Source: Polyangiaceae bacterium (GTDB lineage Bacteria > Myxococcota_A > Polyangia > Polyangiales > Polyangiaceae). From it: DNA of 64,000 nucleotides. Positions 59,043 to 64,000 of the stretch are shown piece by piece. The DNA lies in assembly GCA_050287085.1 (NCBI GenBank), contig JBNKBE010000014.1, positions 96,001 through 160,000 on the forward strand. The letters run 5' to 3'. Each line of letters opens with the position of its first letter. Within the stretch, counting starts at the first letter, position 1. The notes under the pieces are model-generated. The model made no database searches. It had not been told where the DNA came from and saw nothing but the letters and a program-made list of their open reading frames with translations. Both the position numbers and the translations under genes were made by a program.

Positions 59043-59744
59043 GTGACGAGGTTCGATAATAAACACGGGAGAGCGTACGTTGGTTGGGCCGCAGCGGCGA
59101 TAGCAAGCCTGCTAGTGGCTTCGCACGCGGAGGCGCGACCCAAGAAGAAACGCGGTTTTCAGATGTCCCTCAGCGGGGGCTACAGCCTGGCCCTAGGAGA
59201 GGCCACCGACGAAGTCGACCACGACATGGACGACGTGACCCGCGGTCAAATCCCCCTACTGCTCGACGTAGGGATAAGGGCCTCACCGGTCGTGTTCGTG
59301 GGAGGTTACCTAGGACCCGCACTCGGACATCTAGACAAGAGCACCTCAGTCCGCTGCGACCAAGACGACGACACCTGCCTGCAATGGGGATTTCGGACGG
59401 GGCTCGCTGCCACGTTCCATCTCCAACCGCGCACTGACGCCGATCCATGGCTCGGCGTCACCGCTGGCTACGAGCGCATCGCAAACAGACTGCGAGGCAA
59501 GCGGGACCTCGACCTGGCCTACTCGGGCTGGGAAATCGGAGCTCGAGGTGGCGTCGAATTCGAAGTGAACAAGCTCCTTCATATCGGTCCATTCCTCTCG
59601 GTCACGGCGGCGCAATATGGCAGCGTCTCAGTCGCGTGCGAAGGGCGCTGCGCTGGAGTTGACGAGGGAAGCGGCGACATCGAAGATCGAGGGCTGCACA
59701 CTTGGCTGACCCTTGGCTTTCGTGGCTCCGTTACCTTCTGGTAG
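59043..59744 (+). CDS. Outer-membrane beta-barrel protein with Cys pairs
   Basis: Signal peptide ending AEA; IPL.LD.G.R, DPW.G...GYE, H.W...G.RG; aromatic C-terminus. Confidence 0.75.
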   Translation: MTRFDNKHGRAYVGWAAAAIASLLVASHAEARPKKKRGFQMSLSGGYSLALGEATDEVDHDMDDVTRGQIPLLLDVGIRASPVVFVGGYLGPALGHLDKSTSVRCDQDDDTCLQWGFRTGLAATFHLQPRTDADPWLGVTAGYERIANRLRGKRDLDLAYSGWEIGARGGVEFEVNKLLHIGPFLSVTAAQYGSVSVACEGRCAGVDEGSGDIEDRGLHTWLTLGFRGSVTFW

Positions 59745-59797
59745 CTGGAGAAACGAGCCGTCAAAAGCAAGCCTCAAACCGCCGCAACCCGGCGGCG

Positions 59798-60529
59798 CTA
59801 CAGGTGAAGCTCGACGCCCACCACGAATTGAAAGCGGGTGGTGCTCAGCCCGGACGCCTCGCGCCGAAGGGGCCCAACGGTCTCGGCTTCCGTGTCATAG
59901 AGACCCAATCGCGAAAACTGGACGCTCCCCTCACCGCGCAGGTCCAACTTCTTGGACAGCGGCCACATGAGAGCAGCAAAGGGCGAAAGCATGCCGCCTA
60001 AACGAGGAACCGACGGAAATACGTCGTAGCCTTGCGCATCGAAGTTGTCGAGCTCGCGGCCGAGTTCTCCTTTGGGAAACGCCATCAGTATCCCCACGCG
60101 GCCCCCGAGCGCAACGTCGAGCTCTGAAAGGACGTCCTGCAAGCGGTACTCGACGTTCCCCTGCAGCTGAATCAGATGCCCCACCCGATAGCAGTCCTGC
60201 TGATCGCAGTATTCCCCCCGACTGGGGTCCTCGGCATCCTTCGGCTTGAGCGTGTAGTTATTGAACCAGAACAAGCCCGCCCCCACTCGCCAATTGTCGG
60301 AGAAGGCGGGCGTAAGCCACCAAGCCCCCAAGTTGAAGTAGTCGTCACTGACCAGTTGCTGATCGTCGCGCTGCTGAAAAGGTTCGCCAGCGCTTTCGCT
60401 TTCGAAGTCGCGAGTCGAGTCCTGTGAGTAGAGTCCAATGCCAAGTCCGATACTCGAATCGGCGGCGCTCACGCGCGCGCTAGTCCAACTCAGGGCCGCA
60501 AACGCGCCGATAGCAACGAGATGCTTCAT
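59798..60529 (-). CDS. Probable outer-membrane beta-barrel protein
   Basis: Signal peptide ending VSA; amphipathic strands; terminal RFQFVVGVELHL. Confidence 0.7.
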   Translation of the reverse strand: MKHLVAIGAFAALSWTSARVSAADSSIGLGIGLYSQDSTRDFESESAGEPFQQRDDQQLVSDDYFNLGAWWLTPAFSDNWRVGAGLFWFNNYTLKPKDAEDPSRGEYCDQQDCYRVGHLIQLQGNVEYRLQDVLSELDVALGGRVGILMAFPKGELGRELDNFDAQGYDVFPSVPRLGGMLSPFAALMWPLSKKLDLRGEGSVQFSRLGLYDTEAETVGPLRREASGLSTTRFQFVVGVELHL

Positions 60530-61326
60530 GTCTCACTATTCTCTCTGGTAAGGCGTCTCTCTGGGTTTCAAGGCTAACAGACGACCATCCGCGGCCGTCC
60601 CTGAACTCCATGTCGACGGAAAGCGCCATTCGCTCCCGGAAAAGAGACTCGCACGGAAGCCCGCCTCCAACAAGGGACGGCGGCGCGGTCCAAGCTTTGA
60701 GTGGAGGAGCGGGGAGCGAGCTTGCTCGCGCCCCGCGGCTTGGGGTTCGGCCGGTGGGAGGGGGTTCGGTCTTGGGAGGCCGGTTGTAGCACCGCCTTGC
60801 TGATGATTGCGTGCGACAGTGAGGGCAAGGGTCTTGTCGGGACCGGGATTTGGCCAGGGTATCGCTCGTCCTTCTACCGAGCGTTGCGACACGCTTCGAC
60901 AGAGGGTCATCGTCGTGTATGCAATCCGACGCAGGATGAGCACCACACACAGGCCGCGCGGGTTACCGCAAGAACTGTGTACCCCCAACCTGATGAGTTG
61001 AGCCGCGGGCCGCGGCTCTTCGGGAGTTGTGCGCCACTTTGACTCATGGGCGTGCGCGACTACCCCGGGGACCGCACCAAACCTACATCGGGTCTGGGCC
61101 CCCAAGAGCTCCGCACGGGACCAGACGTGGACGTATCCCTCCACCAACGCCGCCGCGTGCCCCAAGGGTCCCGCCACAGCTCAGCGAATTGCCCACCGCC
61201 GGGATGAAACAAAGTTCTAGAGTCGGCAAATTCCGCGCATACAAGGTCCCACAAATCTCGGAAAGAGCGTAGCGGCGATGCTCTCAAGATGCAGGGTCAC
61301 GCTATGCTAAGCGCCCGGAGCCGACA

Positions 61327-63147
61327 ATGATGCCTATTACTCTGTCCCAGCCGCTCAAAGGCGCGCTCGCATATGCGCTCTCGACGCTGCTTGCTACCGT
61401 CGCTTGCGGCAACACCGAAGGTGCGTTCAATGTAGAAGCTCCGGCCCGCGGCCCCTCCCAGCTGCTACCAGATGACGGCCCGGTGAGCGACGGCAATTTC
61501 AGGGGTGGCGACGACGCCATTCCAACGCTGAATGGCGACGCCAGCCCGGATCAAATAGTCGCCAGCTGTGACTCCGAATGCCGTGCGTTCTGCAACAACG
61601 CTGGGCTGGACAATCCCGTCAACCAAGGGCTGTGCCCCAGTCTGTGGGGTCTCGGCCGTGCCTCCAACGAAGTGGACACCTACGAGGCCTGTCGCCGTCT
61701 GTTCATGGATACGACCGGGCGCTTTCCCACCTATTGGGAAGTCAAGAATGAATGCTCCGGACGGCCATGGGGCGAGGTTGTAATGGCACGCCTCGACTCC
61801 CCAGAGTTCGTCCGCCTCAACCGCCGACGCTGGGCGGATATCATGGGCTACGATTCGACGAGCGTCAGCATCGAGCGCATCTACGACATGGACGCGGTCG
61901 TCAGCGCTCTCTATCGCGGCGAGCTCTCGTACGACCACTTCGCAGCTATCGCATCGGCGCACCCTGTCCTGACCCGGCGTTTTGCCACCGAGGGCGATCG
62001 AGCTGAAGCCCTGTTCTGGCTGTTCTGGGGGCGCCCTCCTTCTGGGGCTGAGCGCAGCGACATAGCCCGGCTCTATCACCTCTGGACCAACCACTACTAC
62101 GACCACCCAGAGCTCGGCATGCGGCTTCCCGACGCGTTCATTCGCTACCGCTGCCTGGATGAACTGGGAGCCGTCAACGAAGGAACGGCTGGCTCCTGTA
62201 CCAGCACAGCCTTTGGCTTTGAGCAGCTCATACTCAAGCCTGACGCCCGCTCCATCAAGGTCGATGACGACGTGCTGATGTGGAGCGGACATCTAACGAC
62301 CAACGAATGGCAGAAGCTGCAAGCGCCCGGGCGCTTACTGTCGGAGCAGTGGCTGTTCTGGGAGCACGCGGCCAACGCCGTCCTCCACCAGTACCTCGAC
62401 TACGATATTTCCACGTTGGCACCTGAGATCGGAGAACGCCTGGTCCAATACGTCCTGGACAAGAACGGCGACATGAGAGCCCTGCACTTCGCGGTTCTCA
62501 CTTCCTCAGTCTATCTCCAGTCCGCACGAGGTAATGACGCCAAACCACTTCGCTTCACCTACGGTCCCCTGAAGCAGGCTGAGGCGGAAGACTGGGTCGA
62601 CTCCCTAGACGAACTGACAGGTAGCCGTCTCCGGCGCTGCGACCTGCGCATCAATCGCCCGGGTGAATTCCTCGACGTCGGCAGTCCAGCGGCACTCGCG
62701 CTGATCGCTGAGTCGGACTGGGAGGTCAACGACGAGTGGTCCAATGTCCGTACGGACTACCGCGACCTAGTCCGAACGCTAGGTGGTTGTCCCGACAATT
62801 CTCAGGGAGGTCGCTTCAAGACGATCAGCGTCCTCACCACCGCCAACCAGCTCAATCATGCACGCAAGGTGTGCGACCCAAGCGGAAACGGTAGCGACGT
62901 GCGTGCCGACCTTCAGAAGCTGCTGCCTGATGGAATCTCCGCCAACCATGCCGTGTCCGCGGATAGCGCGGAGGCGATCTACACGAACCAGGTTCGCCGT
63001 TTCTTCTCGCGCAACCCCAAGAGCAGCGAGAAAGAGCAGGCACGTGCCCACGGGGAAGCCTGCGCGCGTGAACAATGTGACGCCGAGAGCTTTGCTCGCA
63101 ACGTCTGCTACGCACTGCTCAGCAGCGCAGAAATGGTGTTTTACTGA
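61327..63147 (+). CDS. Large Cys-containing lipoprotein (DUF1549/DUF1553-like helical region)
   Basis: Lipobox TVAC; RRLF.D..GR.PT, L.SPEF, LF..F.GR.P...E, C-terminal YALL.S.E..FY. Confidence 0.65.
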   Translation: MMPITLSQPLKGALAYALSTLLATVACGNTEGAFNVEAPARGPSQLLPDDGPVSDGNFRGGDDAIPTLNGDASPDQIVASCDSECRAFCNNAGLDNPVNQGLCPSLWGLGRASNEVDTYEACRRLFMDTTGRFPTYWEVKNECSGRPWGEVVMARLDSPEFVRLNRRRWADIMGYDSTSVSIERIYDMDAVVSALYRGELSYDHFAAIASAHPVLTRRFATEGDRAEALFWLFWGRPPSGAERSDIARLYHLWTNHYYDHPELGMRLPDAFIRYRCLDELGAVNEGTAGSCTSTAFGFEQLILKPDARSIKVDDDVLMWSGHLTTNEWQKLQAPGRLLSEQWLFWEHAANAVLHQYLDYDISTLAPEIGERLVQYVLDKNGDMRALHFAVLTSSVYLQSARGNDAKPLRFTYGPLKQAEAEDWVDSLDELTGSRLRRCDLRINRPGEFLDVGSPAALALIAESDWEVNDEWSNVRTDYRDLVRTLGGCPDNSQGGRFKTISVLTTANQLNHARKVCDPSGNGSDVRADLQKLLPDGISANHAVSADSAEAIYTNQVRRFFSRNPKSSEKEQARAHGEACAREQCDAESFARNVCYALLSSAEMVFY

Positions 63148-64000
63148 TGTCGCGAACCACTCCCCCACGTCGCGGCCCGACGCGCCGAAAATGGCTCGGA
63201 GCCGTTGCCGCCGGATTCCCAACGATCTGGCTCCCGAATCGAACATTCGCTCAGCAGTGCACCGGTCGAGGTGGTGTGAACCACCTCATATACATTCGAT
63301 TGAGCGGTGGCTTTCGCTTCACGACAGCTTTCAATGGCAACGTTGCCGCCGAGTTCAATCCCTTCGGCATGGCACGAAATCTTGCTGCCGGTACCGAGTG
63401 GGGGGCCAGCAGACTGCTGGAGGGTCGAGCCTGGCTGGATGGCGACGGCGGACAGCCGCTGCGTGACGCCGGGATGCGGGCCGTGCCCGAGTTCACGAAC
63501 GAAATCGCCGTCCTCGCGACCGTGGACCACGAGCCCTTCGCTGGTAACGCAGACGGTAACCACGGAACCGGTCTCGAGCGCTATCAGACCGGCTATGTCG
63601 GAGGAGAGAACAGTCTGTTCACCTACCTGACCTACGGCATGCGTAGTCGGATAGAAGCGGCCACTCAAGAGGGACGCGTTGAGTTGCCCCCCTTCGTACT
63701 CGGCGACGCCGGTATGGCGAAAGGCACGGGCGCCCTTGCTGCCTTTCGACCTCCGCTCATCCAGGGCGATAGCTTCGAGGACTTCGCGTTTTCTGGCGCG
63801 GGCGACCTCCCGGCGTGGGCCGTCGATCTGGCCGAGCAAACCGACGTTCGCATGCGAGATCGACAAATGGCGCCGGCGCGTGGCGCCGTCGATTCCTATA
63901 TCGGGGCTCGCGAATCCACGAAGCGTTATGCTGAAATCTTCAACGACGACTTGCTGCGCATTCGCAACAATTCAGATGAGCTTGTCGACGGCATCTCCAA
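63147..64000 (+). CDS. Tat-exported DUF1501-like protein (partial, runs off window)
   Basis: ATG overlaps upstream TGA; translates MSRTTPPRRGPTRRKWLGAVAAG...HLIYIRLSGG...; not in the ORF track because it has no stop in the window. Confidence 0.7.
   Translation, partial: MSRTTPPRRGPTRRKWLGAVAAGFPTIWLPNRTFAQQCTGRGGVNHLIYIRLSGGFRFTTAFNGNVAAEFNPFGMARNLAAGTEWGASRLLEGRAWLDGDGGQPLRDAGMRAVPEFTNEIAVLATVDHEPFAGNADGNHGTGLERYQTGYVGGENSLFTYLTYGMRSRIEAATQEGRVELPPFVLGDAGMAKGTGALAAFRPPLIQGDSFEDFAFSGAGDLPAWAVDLAEQTDVRMRDRQMAPARGAVDSYIGARESTKRYAEIFNDDLLRIRNNSDELVDGIS

Overview
GC-rich bacterial chromosomal window. Gene content (many Cys-rich lipoproteins, FHA, PP2C-cNMP and HDOD-GGDEF signalling proteins, sigma54-type promoters, murA-hisG linkage, DUF1501-like gene) suggests Myxococcota, possibly Polyangiales-like; this is an inference. 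About 57 CDS: housekeeping genes (rbgA, miaE, purA, ppc, hisG, murA, xseB, radC, RluA family, dnaK, yqgE/algH, argJ) interleaved with signalling genes and uncharacterised exported proteins. No rRNA, tRNA, CRISPR array, integrase or transposase was recognised. Most notable: (1) a tightly coupled operon at 21.3-25.8 kb encoding a TPR/winged-helix protein, a ParA/MinD ATPase, two Roadblock/longin-like proteins and a tandem-V4R protein, a candidate undescribed signalling or positioning module; (2) a ~170-bp palindromic intergenic element with terminal inverted repeats, in two full copies flanking a Cys-rich lipoprotein gene plus one truncated copy; (3) sigma54-like promoters before a small-protein/comEA operon, radC and a divergent gene pair; (4) several short tandem repeats. 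Product calls come from motif recognition only, no searches were run, and some start codons were adjusted from the ORF track.
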